A stretch of DNA of 64,000 nucleotides from Puccinia triticina (Eukaryota), in the NCBI GenBank assembly GCA_026914245.1, contig CP110440.1, positions 3,472,001 to 3,536,000 of the forward strand, given 5' to 3'. Within the stretch, counting starts at the first letter, position 1. Each line of letters starts with the position of its first letter. Below, one piece after another: positions 51,162 through 63,049 of the stretch. The notes beneath the pieces are model-generated. The model saw only the letters and a list, made by a program, of their open reading frames with translations, did not search any database and was not told the origin of the DNA. The translations under genes and the position numbers were made by a program.

Positions 51162-51459
51162 TGTTGGATTTTTGTCCTCCTGGACTCCTCTCTTATGCCT
51201 TCTGCCTCCTATTTCCTTTTTCCTTCCTTGCTCAAGTGACTCCTTCTGATTCCCTTCTCTCACTTCTTATGCTCTCTCACCTCCTTTGATCTGGTATGTT
51301 GTTGGTCATGATTGCTTTTCCGTACTTGCCATGTGATATTGTTCCCTGCCAAGATTAGACTGTCAATCTTTCCCAAATGTCCCTTATTCTCTGATGTGTG
51401 CGCGCTCCGATTGTGACAGTTCAGTTTCATTTGTGATATCTCTCAGAGTTTGAGATCCT
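51162..51459. mobile_element. LTR-like CT-rich fragment truncating the Helitron
   Basis: Helicase similarity ends abruptly at TGTTGG; pyrimidine-rich sequence follows up to the satellite. Confidence 0.35.
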
Positions 51460-52160
51460 TCCTATTACGGAGTGTGCTTTGGCACACTCCTATTACAGAG
51501 TGTGCTTTGGCACACTCCTATTACGGAGTGTGCTTTGGCACACTCCTATTACGGAGTGTGCTTTGGCACACTCCTATTACAGAGTGTGCTTTGGCACACT
51601 CCTATTACGGAGTGTGCTTTGGCACACTCCTATTACGGAGTGTGCTTTGGCACACTCCTATTACAGAGTGTGCTTTGGCACACTCCTATTACGGAGTGTG
51701 CTTTGGCACACTCCTATTACGGAGTGTGCTTTGGCACACTCCTATTACGGAGTGTGCTTTGGCACACTCCTATTACGGAGTGTGCTTTGGCACACTCCTA
51801 TTACGGAGTGTGCTTTGGCACACTCCTATTACGGAGTGTGCTTTGGCACACTCCTATTACGGAGTGTGCTTTGGCACACTCCTATTACGGAGTGTGCTTT
51901 GGCACACTCCTATTACGGAGTGTGCTTTGGCACACTCCTATTACGGAGTGTGCTTTGGCACACTCCTATTACGGAGTGCTTTGGCACACTCCTATTACAC
52001 TATTACAGAGTGTGCTTTGGCACACTTCTATAATGCAGTGTGCTTTGGGACACTCCTACTACAGAGTGTGCTTTGCCACACTCCTATTGCGGAGTGTGCT
52101 TTGCCACACTCCTATTACAGAGTGTGCTTTGCCACACTCCTATTACAGAGTTTGCTTTGC
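51460..52160. repeat. 28-bp hairpin minisatellite, array 1 (~25 units)
   Basis: GAGTGTGCTTTGGCACACTC + CTATTAC(G/A). Confidence 0.97.
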
Positions 52161-52797
52161 AGATAGTGACAAAGTCTCCTCCCATTCTACGCATATCAAG
52201 AGCTTGTTGGTGCCCCATGTTTGGATGGGCGGTAACACTTTTCTTTGCCAATGGATTCAGGCAGCGCGGTGCCCATTGCCTCTTGGGGGTGTAGTGAAGC
52301 CAGAGAGCATGAGAGTTACAATAAGTATCTGACAAAACATGAGCACATTTTTGTCTGCGGTGAGCCTGGATGGATGTCTCCTGCCGCCAGCTACGGTCCA
52401 GAGGTCATTGTTGGTTGGCTGTGAACCTTGCTTCTGGTTGCTATCTTGGTTCCCGTTTGAGGCCATTGGCTGTGAGCCTTGCTGCTGGTTGCCTTCTTGG
52501 TTCCAATTGGATCCAATAACACTATTTCTGGAAGGACTGTTTGGCTGTTCATCACTGGCATTTAAAAGGCATTGCTGCACAAAAGCACCCAATTCACCCC
52601 TGAAAGTGTACCCAGGACCCAGGTCTGAATCCGCAAGCTTGGCGCAGTGCTCAAGAATCTGATTGACGTAAGCTCCTGCAAAGTATTTCCTCAAGAAGTT
52701 TGAGATGGCTTTGGCAAATGGGCTTGGAACCAGTGTGGAGTCCAGATATGCTTTGATATCAAGGCAAACAGTAGCAAAAATGTTGTGGCAGCTCTGT
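52160..52797 (-). other. Unique ORF-bearing island between arrays 1 and 2
   Basis: 182-aa ORF 52257-52805 with duplicated NQQQGSQP/NQKQGSQP; no recognisable domain. Confidence 0.35.
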
Positions 52798-55606
52798 TGG
52801 CACACTCCTAGAGCAGAGTGTGCTTTGGCACACTCCTTTTACAGAGTATGCTTTGGCACACTCCTTTTACGGAGTATGCTTTGGCACACTCCTCTCACGG
52901 AGTGTGCTTTGGCACACTCCTCTTACAGAGTGTGCTTTGGCACACTCCTAGAACAGAGTGTGCTTTGGCACACTCCTAGAACAGAGTGTGCTTTGGCACA
53001 CTCCTAGAACAGAGTGTGCTTTGGCACACTCCTAGAACGGAGTGTGCTTTGGCACACTCCTAGAACAGAGTGTGCTTTGGCACACTCCTAGAACGGAGTG
53101 TGCTTTGGCACACTCCTAGAACGGAGTGTGCTTTGGCACACTCCTAGAACGGAGTGTGCTTTGGCACACTCCTAGAACGGAGTGTGCTTTGGCACACTCC
53201 TAGAACGGAGTGTGCTTTGGCACACTCCTAGAACGGAGTGTGCTTTGGCACACTCCTAGAACGGAGTGTGCTTTGGCACACTCCTAGAACGGAGTGTGCT
53301 TTGGCACACTCCTAGAACGGAGTGTGCTTTGGCACACTCCTAGAACGGAGTGTGCTTTGGCACACTCCTAGAACGGAGTGTGCTTTGGCACACTCCTAGA
53401 ACGGAGTGTGCTTTGGCACACTCCTAGAACGGAGTGTGCTTTGGCACACTCCTAGAACGGAGTGTGCTTTGGCACACTCCTAGAACGGAGTGTGCTTTGG
53501 CACACTCCTAGAACGGAGTGTGCTTTGGCACACTCCTAGAACGGAGTGTGCTTTGGCACCCTCCTAGAACGGAGTGTGCTTTGGCACCCTCCTAGAACGG
53601 AGTGTGCTTTGGCACCCTCCTAGAACGGAGTGTGCTTTGGCACCCTCCTAGAACGGAGTGTGCTTTGGCACACTCCTATAATGGAGTGTGCTTTGGCACA
53701 CTCCTATAACGGAGTGTGCTTTGGCACACTCCTATAACGGAGTGTGCTTTGGCACACTCCTATAACAGAGTGTGCTTTGGCACACTCCTATAACAGAGTG
53801 TGCTTTGGCACACTCCTATAACGGAGTGTGCTTTGGCACACTCCTATAACAGAGTGTGCTTTGGCACACTCCTATAACGGAGTGTGCTTTGGCACACTCC
53901 TATAACAGAGTGTGCTTTGGCACACTCCTATAACAGAGTGTGCTTTGGCACACTCCTATAACAGAGTGTGCTTTGGCACACTCCTATAACAGAGTGTGCT
54001 TTGGCACACTCCTATAACAGAGTGTGCTTTGGCACACTCCTATAACAGAGTGTGCTTTGGCACACTCCTATAACAGAGTGTGCTTTGGCACACTCCTATA
54101 ACAGAGTGTGCTTTGGCACACTCCTATAACAGAGTGTGCTTTGGCACACTCCTATAACAGAGTGTGCTTTGGCACACTCCTATAACAGAGTGTGCTTTGG
54201 CACACTCCTATAACAGAGTGTGCTTTGGCACACTCCTATAACAGAGTGTGCTTTGGCACACTCCTATAACAGAGTGTGCTTTGGCACACTCCTATAACAG
54301 AGTGTGCTTTGGCACACTCCTATAACAGAGTGTGCTTTGGCACACTCCTATAACAGAGTGTGCTTTGGCACACTCCTATAACAGAGTGTGCTTTGGCACA
54401 CTCCTATAACAGAGTGTGCTTTGGCACACTCCTATAACAGAGTGTGCTTTGGCACACTCCTATAACAGAGTGTGCTTTGGCACACTCCTATAACAGAGTG
54501 TGCTTTGGCACACTCCTATAACAGAGTGTGCTTTGGCACACTCCTATAACAGAGTGTGCTTTGGCACACTCCTATAACAGAGTGTGCTTTGGCACACTCC
54601 TATAACAGAGTGTGCTTTGGCACACTCCTATAACAGAGTGTGCTTTGGCACACTCCTATAACAGAGTGTGCTTTGGCACACTCCTATAACAGAGTGTGCT
54701 TTGGCACACTCCTATAACAGAGTGTGCTTTGGCACACTCCTATAACAGAGTGTGCTTTGGCACACTCCTATAACAGAGTGTGCTTTGGCACACTCCTATA
54801 ACAGAGTGTGCTTTGGCACACTCCTATAACAGAGTGTGCTTTGGCACACTCCTATAACAGAGTGTGCTTTGGCACACTCCTATAACAGAGTGTGCTTTGG
54901 CACACTCCTATAACAGAGTGTGCTTTGGCACACTCCTATAACAGAGTGTGCTTTGGCACACTCCTATAACAGAGTGTGCTTTGGCACACTCCTATAACAG
55001 AGTGTGCTTTGGCACACTCCTATAACAGAGTGTGCTTTGGCACACTCCTATAACAGAGTGTGCTTTGGCACACTCCTATAACAGAGTGTGCTTTGGCACA
55101 CTCCTATAACAGAGTGTGCTTTGGCACACTCCTATAACAGAGTGTGCTTTGGCACACTCCTATAACAGAGTGTGCTTTGGCACACTCCTATAACAGAGTG
55201 TGCTTTGGCACACTCCTATAACAGAGTGTGCTTTGGCACACTCCTATAACAGAGTGTGCTTTGGCACACTCCTATAACAGAGTGTGCTTTGGCACACTCC
55301 TATAACAGAGTGTGCTTTGGCACACTCCTATAACGGAGTGTGCTTTGGCACACTCCTATAACGGAGTGTGCTTTGGCACACTCCTATAACGGAGTGTGCT
55401 TTGGCACACTCCTATAACGGAGTGTGCTTTGGCACACTCCTATAACGGAGTGTGCTTTGGCACACTCCTATAACGGAGTGTGCTTTGGCACACTCCTATA
55501 ACGGAGTGTGCTTTGGCACACTCCTATAACGGAGTGTCCTTTGGCACACTCCTATAACGGAGTGTCCTTTGGCACACTCCTATAACGGAGTGTCCTTTGG
55601 CACCCT
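52797..55606. repeat. 28-bp hairpin minisatellite, array 2 (~100 units)
   Basis: Same core; linker changes in blocks from CTAGAAC(A/G) to CTATAACA to CTATAACG. Confidence 0.97.
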
Positions 55607-55649
55607 TTCCATTTAGGCCCCAAAATACTCATCACTATTGACACCCTCA

Positions 55650-57499
55650 ACTGCTTGCTCCAAATCTAACATGCATCAATCCTCCAACCCCTCCGCCATC
55701 TGTCGTAACACTGGCCAAAGGGATGTTGGTGATTCACCTAATCCCATCTTGCTGAGAGGACTTCATCAAGACACAACAGAGGAAGAGATAGCTGAAGTGA
55801 TCCAGAAAGTTGAATCAGTCCCGCGAAATTCTCTGAAGAAAGCAATTCTAATCAGAGACAAGAAGACCAAAACCAGTTGGGGATTTGCATTCCTGTCTTT
55901 CAAACCCAAGGAGTTATTCATTTTACTTTGAATGAAAACACGGTGTGGCATTCCTGTTTCACTTATTTGCTTTTCTTGCCTTCTATTTCCCAGTTGGCCC
56001 CTGGCATTCTTTCTGCTCTTTCTGACCAGAAGGTTTCCCCTGAAGGGGTCAGGATGCGGAAGCAAAACATCAGAATCACTGGATCCAACAAAAATTCTTT
56101 CAATGCTGGGCAGAAAAGTTGGGCAATCCAAATATCAGCTAACCAAAGTGCTTTCTATTGGGAAAAAGATGGTTATGCTTCAGCCTACGATGTGCCTGAG
56201 AAAATGTCAGAAAAACAACAATGTGAATGTTATGACCATGTATGTCTCACTTGACCCCAAAATATACTGACTTTGGTTGCTGACATCTTAATACAAATAC
56301 CAAAGATGCATGGCCACAGGCCTGATTGGTGTACGTGCTGTCCTTGAATTGAAGTTGTTGAAGCAGCTACTTCATTGATTCCTCAAAGTATGTCTTATCC
56401 TGCCATGTTGGGATTGGCAATATTTTGAATCCAAAAGAAAAAAAAAAAGAAAAATTACAAAATATTTCAAATGGAAAGCTGACATTTGTCCCTCTGGCTC
56501 CTCATAATAACCCACCCACCATTGAAATTAGAACGGAAGGAGGCAGAAGTAAATGTTGACAAGCCAAAACCTCCTGAATCACTGCTCCTTTTTGACATGC
56601 GCCTGCAACAGTGTTTTTCATGTAAGAGGCAGTTTTAGAATCTCAACAAGCTCCGCAATCATGTTGATAAATCCAACTTACATCATGTGAGTAGCACTAG
56701 TATTTCATTTTACAGAAAAAACCAAGACTAATGTTGATTTACTTTTCAATTTGATGTATACAAGGATAATCTGAAGGCTGCTGATAAGGTCAAAGCTGCC
56801 CTTCAAAGACAAATTGCCTTGATGCAACTTCGCAAATCCCCAAACCCATCAGAAACTCTAGCCTGGCTCCCAAGAAGCATCTCCGCTTGCAAAAATGTTG
56901 AAACAACTCAGCCCCCCAAGAAGAAAATCTGCCTAAGGACGGATGCCAGCACAAGCCAAAGCCACCAATTGGTCCGACACCTTCCAGATTTTATCCAAGA
57001 ATATGTTGCACGGGTCCAAGATTTCAACTCTGATGGTCACTGCGGGTTCAGGGCTGCGGCTTACTGCTTGGGAGATAAAAACATAGGATTCTCTCAGATA
57101 CAAGAAGATCTTGTCCATGAAATAAAAAAACAGAAGACATTTTACATCAAGATAGGCCACTTTTACGATTCTGACAATGTAAATCAATGTCTAGCTAGAA
57201 TAGATACCCCTGAAGTGGGTATGGTGAAGGAGAATAACTGGATGTCTATGCCCTTCACTGGCACACTTCTTGCCAACACCTACAACCGTCCTGTATTTTA
57301 CTTCTCTACACAAGGTTCTTCTAGCTTCTTGCCACATTTTTCTCCTCCAAACAATTCTCCGCCAATATTTATTGGTTTTATTCCAGATCAGCAACACTTT
57401 GTGGCTCTTGATCTAAAAGATCCCATGAACTTCCCCTTCCCATCCTCCACAGATATAAGGGGTTGGAAAAAATATGCAGATCCTAAAGCTTACGGTTGA
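55650..57499 (+). pseudogene. Chimeric RRM - C2H2 zinc finger - OTU-like protease gene, probably damaged
   Basis: RDVGDSPNPILLRGL..LIRDKKTKTSWGFAFLSF (RBM5/10-like RRM); CFSCKRQF*NLNKLRNHVDKSNLH; DGHCGFRA..WMSMP..ANTYNRPV..QHFV (OTU); GT-AG introns; in-frame TAG in the finger. Confidence 0.72.
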
Positions 57500-58317
57500 G
57501 TAGAAAAATATAATACTTGTATTCAAAAAGATCCAGAAAATAATTGTAAAGACTAGTATGTTGTGATTTTACTTTTCCTTTCAATATCTGCCTAAAGTGT
57601 TCCCTCTCTCCTGCTCCAGTTTGGTGTCTCTTAAACTTAGCTAGTGTTTGGTTTGAATCAAAACCGGTATGAATAATAGCTCATTGGTGAACACTACATA
57701 CCTTATCATTACTTTTACTACATGTGTGACCCATACTTAATGCAATTTTTCTTGAGGCATTCCAGAATTGAGTCCTGGGTACTGCCAATGCTGGGCCAGC
57801 TACACCAACATTAATGCTAGCTTAGCGTGGTGTTAGCCTTCTCAAGCTGCGCTATGGCAGCGCTAGGGTTAGCAGCCTGATTTGCCCACTAACACTAGTA
57901 AGATAGAAATAAGCACAAGTTGTCCTCATGCAGCTGCAGGGATGAAACTGGGCAGAAATAACAACCCAGTTTTTTCCTAAAGTCAAGCAAACATGGGAAA
58001 AAAAACTGGAATGTTGTTTTGGCCCAGTTTCTCCATCCATATAGTGTAGCAGGAAAACCTTTCTGCTATGCTTTGGGGGGAGCAAAAATCCATGACTCCC
58101 CATCCTGCTACACTAACCATTAGCGTAGGAGGGGACACCAACACTAAAAAAAGTGTTAGCATGGGAGAAAAATTTATGCCACAGCTTGGTTTCAGTGGTG
58201 TAAAGGCCCAATAACACTACAGGAAAACATGGCCCCTGGTCGCACTGCTATGCTAAGTTTAAGTGGCCCACCATTGGGGTTGCAATGGGTAGATGTTGTA
58301 GTGAGCAAGCACTTTAT

Positions 58318-58568
58318 GGTTGTCGCACCTATGGGGGGGGGGGGGGTGTGCAGCCCAAAAAGCACACCGGTGTTGCACCTATGGGGGGGTGTGCAGCCCA
58401 AAAGGCACACTGGTGTTGCACCTATGGGGGGGGGGGGGGGGGGGTGCAGCCCAAAAAGCACATTGGTGGGTGCAGCCCAAAAAGCACACCGGTGTTGCGC
58501 CTATGGGGGGGGGTGCAGCCCAAAATGCACACCGGTGTCGCACCTATGGGGGGGTGTGCAGCCCAAAA
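58318..58568. repeat. G-run tandem repeat, ~43-50-bp unit, ~5.5 copies
   Basis: TGTTGCACCTAT(G)nTGCAGCCCAAAAAGCACACCGG. Confidence 0.85.
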
Positions 58569-59334
58569 GGCTGATGAATCTGATGCCTCCAGTTTAGATT
58601 ACCAAATTTTCACCAAATTCAACACCTTCAAAGCCATCATTGGCTGTATGACGTCAATTGGTGAACAAGCCCCCATCTTTCACCTCTGATTTCTCTTCTA
58701 TCTCAACTCAAGCCCCAGCCCTGATCATTAGATCATATCCTCCTGGTGGACCAAATTTGGGGCAGTGGAGCTCAAGAAGTTTCATCAGATCACAAGCTTC
58801 TTTGTCAAGGTCAGTGGCACTCTCCAATGATTGAGGCCTAAATAAGTCAACATAAGAAATTTTCAGGCAGAAAACATAAGAAATCTTCAGGCCCAGAAAC
58901 ACATTCAGCTGAGACAAGAGTAAAAAAAATGAAAACAGACCAACATTACAATTTCATTGCATACTCAACGGTCAACAATACACATGTCCAAGTCCTTGTT
59001 TTCATGATGATCATTGCCTTCATTGTTGTCATTTTCATTGTCTTGATGTGCACCCTTGGAGGTATCTGAGTCTGGTTTGCTCATGTAGATGGTCACATTG
59101 CCTTCCTCATCAGAAGCATCTGATAACTCACTTCCTTCAAGCATTGTCTGTCATCCAGATCCATCCATATCAGCATTGTTTTCATCAAAATAATTGTATT
59201 CCTCCAATGTATTGGGTGAATTATACTGGTTTCCAGGCTATAAGCTGACCAATAGGTCAGGCTGGTTGTTGAGTGAATGGGCACTCATAAGTGCATACCA
59301 GCCTGTGAGAAGAGCAGACTGCATGCAGCTCCAA

Positions 59335-60478
59335 ATGTCACCTGACGCAATGGTGAAAGGCTTTGGCTACGCGTAGCGCAGCACAGTGCTTTTTGGCCTG
59401 GCTCCGCTGCGCTATTTTGTAGCTTATTTTGGCTGCCCTTGCGCCTTGTTGGCACGAGTGTATAGCTTTTCAAATTTTCAGCGGCTATTTTTAGCCATAT
59501 TATAGCGCCAAAGCACTGCGCTAAGCTATAAAAAGCGTGCTACACTATTTTATAGCACTTATTTTGTGGGTGGGGGAGAAAGTAGCTTTTTTTATCTATT
59601 TTTGGTGCTAAGTGGAAAAATAAAAGAACAAAAAGACTTTTTTTTTATTTGATATTTTGTATTTGAAGCAAGGGTAGAGAGCATCAGTAGTAATGAAATG
59701 AAATTATAACTTTTTTAACTTAGCAGCCGCGTTATTGTTCTTCTTTTGTGCAACATTGGATTTTGGGTTCTCATGAGCCGCATCAATGATCTTCTGACAG
59801 TTTAAAAAATCGCCTTCCATCCTAACCTCGCCACGCAGCCACATATTCCGCCAACCGCCGGAAATGGTGGGTGTGGATGAGCGGCTGTGGGTGAGCAAGG
59901 GGTATGTATATATAGGGCCTGTACCATGGGCCTCAATTTTGAAAAATTTCAACTTTTTTTGTTCTGAAAACCAAAATTGAAAACGTAGAGAGGGTTCCAA
60001 TGTTTCAATTATTCACATTTGGGCTCAAGCCTATATTTCAGCCAGGCTCAGTTTTTTTCCCAAGAAATTTTGAGGCAAATAAATTTGTGAAAATTTCAAT
60101 TTTCAAGCCCTATGGTACAGGCCCATAATGTCTGAATGTCCATCATCCATACATACAAGGAAGGCCACATGTAGCCCCTGCCACTGGGAAAAACCTCTAG
60201 CGCAGTGGGGCTGCTGCGGGCCTATGCTTTTGTAGCGTGAAAGCGCATGTAGCACTCAGATAGCGCAAACAAAGCGCGTTGGCACTGCGCTGCGCTATAT
60301 TGTAGCCAAAGCGCGGCTTTTGGCGCTGTGCTTGCGCTTTTTCCCCTGGAGAAAAAGCACCAGTGAGGTAAATTTAGCCGTAGCACAGTGTTTTATTGCT
60401 GCGCTACAGCTTTTTGGGAGGGGCACGTAGCGGGTACCGGCTGCGCTGCGCTAAAAGGGGCGCTTTAGGCTGACATCA
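59335..60478. mobile_element. Probable non-autonomous DNA transposon remnant with TAGCGC/GCGCTA-rich ends
   Basis: Clusters of TAGCGC/GCGCTA at 59365-59550 and 60195-60470; no clean TIR or TSD resolved. Confidence 0.35.
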
Positions 60479-60639
60479 AGTGATGGCTTATTTGTCCTGG
60501 TAGTATAAACTCTGCATTCACTTAAAAGATATTGATGTGTACAAAGGGAGGATGGAGTCTGAACTAGTATAAAGAATGATGAAGGATAAATATTTGATTG
60601 CACATTTCTAGCAATGAGCATTGTTAAGAAAACTTGAGA

Positions 60640-60886
60640 ACTTTTCTTCCCAGAGCAAAGTATAACTTTTGGGATTTGTTTTGCATGGGATACAAGGTTG
60701 AGTCCAGGTATTGGGATATCTGGTGGTTCCTTCATCTCAAGTGTGACAAAATGTTTCAGGTGCGGTATTAAGGCAAAGCATATAGGTTCATTGTTGTTGG
60801 GGGGAGAGAAATGAGGGAAGAAGTGATAAGATTGAATAGTTGAGAAGAAGAAGACTGGGGTTTCAAATGCATTGGCTGTTAAATAG
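60640..60886 (-). pseudogene. C-terminal fragment of an OTU-like domain, paralogous to 57265-57499
   Basis: LTANAFETPVFFFS...PHFSPPNNNEPI..IPHLKHFVTL vs LLANTYNRPVFYFS...PHFSPPNNSPPI..IPDQQHFVAL. Confidence 0.8.
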
Positions 60887-61296
60887 CTCCTATCACGGAG
60901 TGTGCTTTGGCACACTCCTAATAACAGAGTGTGCTTTGGCACACTCCTAATAACGGAGTGTGCTTTGGCACACTCCTAATAACAGAGTGTGCTTTGGCAC
61001 ACTCCTAATAACAGAGTGTGCTTTGGCACACTCCTAATAACGGAGTGTGCTTTGGCATACTCCTAATAACGGAGTGTGCTTTGAGTGTGCTTTGGCACAC
61101 TCCTATAACAGAGTGTGCTTTGGCACACTCCTATAACAGAGTGTGCTTTGGCACACTCCTATAACAGAGTGTGCTTTGGCACACTCCTATAACAGAGTGT
61201 GCTTTGGCACACTCCTATAACAGAGTGTGCTTTGGCACACTCCTATAATGCAGTGTGCTTTGGCACACTCCTATAACGCAGTGTGCTTTGGCACAC
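60887..61296. repeat. 28/29-bp hairpin minisatellite, array 3 (~14 units)
   Basis: Same core; linker CTAATAAC(A/G) then CTATAACA. Confidence 0.95.
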
Positions 61297-61529
61297 GACT
61301 GCCTGTGGGCAGGAAGAGCTATGAGACTGGCAAACTCAGGCCAGATGAGCACACTTTCTTATATTGTTTCCTCCTGCCAGCTTGAGAAGCTTTGTATTGA
61401 CTTGTGCCTTGTCGGACTGAAGGAAGTGCACCTCCAAGATGGTATGGGTCATTTAGGCCGCTGGGGAATGTTCATCCCTGTTAACCCATATGAAAATTGG
61501 CACTCTTTGGCTTGCCATACAAATACATG

Positions 61530-61690
61530 GGCCCCGTTTGGCTGCCGTGTTATACGTCATAAATGGTTGAATTTAAGACACCGTAACCCAAAGTTTGCCC
61601 CCCGTTGCCACCAAAATGTTGAAACCCCCGGGGGTTGCACGTCATAAATTCAACCGTTTATGACTTATAACGCAGCAGCCAAACAGGGCC
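61530..61690. mobile_element. Tourist/Harbinger-like MITE
   Basis: ~45-bp imperfect TIR GGCCCYGTTTGGCTGC...; flanks ATG/ATA. Confidence 0.7.
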
Positions 61691-63049
61691 ATAGCTATGT
61701 ATGCTTCTTTACGCAAATGTGGATCAATCGGCACCGATCCCTTGGCTTGACGCGAGTGAAGTGAGCACCAATCCTTTGGCTCAACGCGGGTGAGCCGGGG
61801 ACTGGCGGCACGGCGGATGTGTTTGGACATGGAACCACAGCACAGTACACACACCAGGGTTTGCAGTTGACACAGCAACAACAAAAAGAACTGTGTTGGC
61901 ACAACCCCCCCAACACCACCAAATCATTTTGGTTGCAGACCTGATGTCTCTACGCGGGAGGCCATTGGTGCCGCAGTTGGCATTTCTTCCGATGCAGGCC
62001 TTGCGTCCAAATCTGACGTTGGCACATCCTTGACGCAAGGCCTGCATGATGGAAGTGCATTGGCACATCTTTGACGCAAGCCCAGCGCAACACAAAATGC
62101 ATCGCGCCGGGCCTGCGCAACGCAAATTGCAGTACGCAATGCCTGCGTAGTATTTGCATTCGCTTGGCTGGTGCAAAAATTGCATCAACCCCAGGCTCAA
62201 ACCCAGAGCTGTCAGACACTATCTAGTCTGGCAACCAGGGTCCCACTTCCACTGCATATAGACAAAAGACCTTTTAGCCTATCACCCAGTGTGCTAAACT
62301 AAAACCCACGTTTTTTTGTTTAGTATTCCTGCTGACAGCCTTTTTTCGACATGTTCTCTTTTTTTTTTTTTTTGAAAAATGGAACTCTCATTACCTTTCT
62401 CCTAAAGCAAAAGCATATATTGGACCCTTGCTCAAAAAAAAAAAAAAACCAATCCAATGATTGCTTGCCGACCCGGACGGTGAGCCAATCATGACCAATG
62501 CTTGACGCGGGCCCAACCAGCCGACGGCGTTGGCTTGTTGCTGCTGGCAAGCCTTTGTTAGCTGTCTGCCGTGTTGGACCCTTGTTTGACGTACAGTCAA
62601 GCCAACGGGGCCAACAAGTTGACCCAACCCAGCCGTACCGTTGGCCTGCTCAGCAGGGCCAAACATGGTTGGCTGGGTTATGCCATGGCACTATTCTGAC
62701 CCCGCTGTCATGCCAACAGAATGGGCTGGTCGCGTTGGCACAACAGCTGGGTCGGATGGGTCAAACCAACGCGGGTCTGACCCGTCCCCAGCGTTGACCT
62801 GCCTCCGCAGTAAAATTTGCGGCAGGCAGGTCAAACCTGACATTCCCTTGACCCCGCGGGCGCGCCAACGCAACTCAAAGTTGAGAATCGAGCGGTGGTG
62901 TAGTGCATATTCTGGGTTTTGCCGCATTTTTTCTCAATTTTCTTCTGACTTTTGTGCGTTTGTGGCATATTTTCTCGGGGCCCCCGAAGTCTCGAGGGAG
63001 CTTGTCTCCTGGCCTTGCTCACCCCCGCCCTCGCCTGCCGACCAGGACC

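Noticed and set aside
51450..52332. Long Cys/His-rich ORFs in all three frames
   Set aside because: Artefact of a stop-free 28-bp repeat.
51460..55606. CRISPR-like array of palindromic repeats
   Set aside because: Linkers are only 8-9 nt and repeated rather than unique, there are no cas genes, and the context is eukaryotic; it is a tandem minisatellite.
57690..58303. CACTAC...GTAGTG motifs as CACTA ends
   Set aside because: Matches are short and lack matching TSDs.
61926..62790. Further imperfect inverted repeats upstream of ILV6
   Set aside because: Probably old MITEs, but boundaries could not be fixed.
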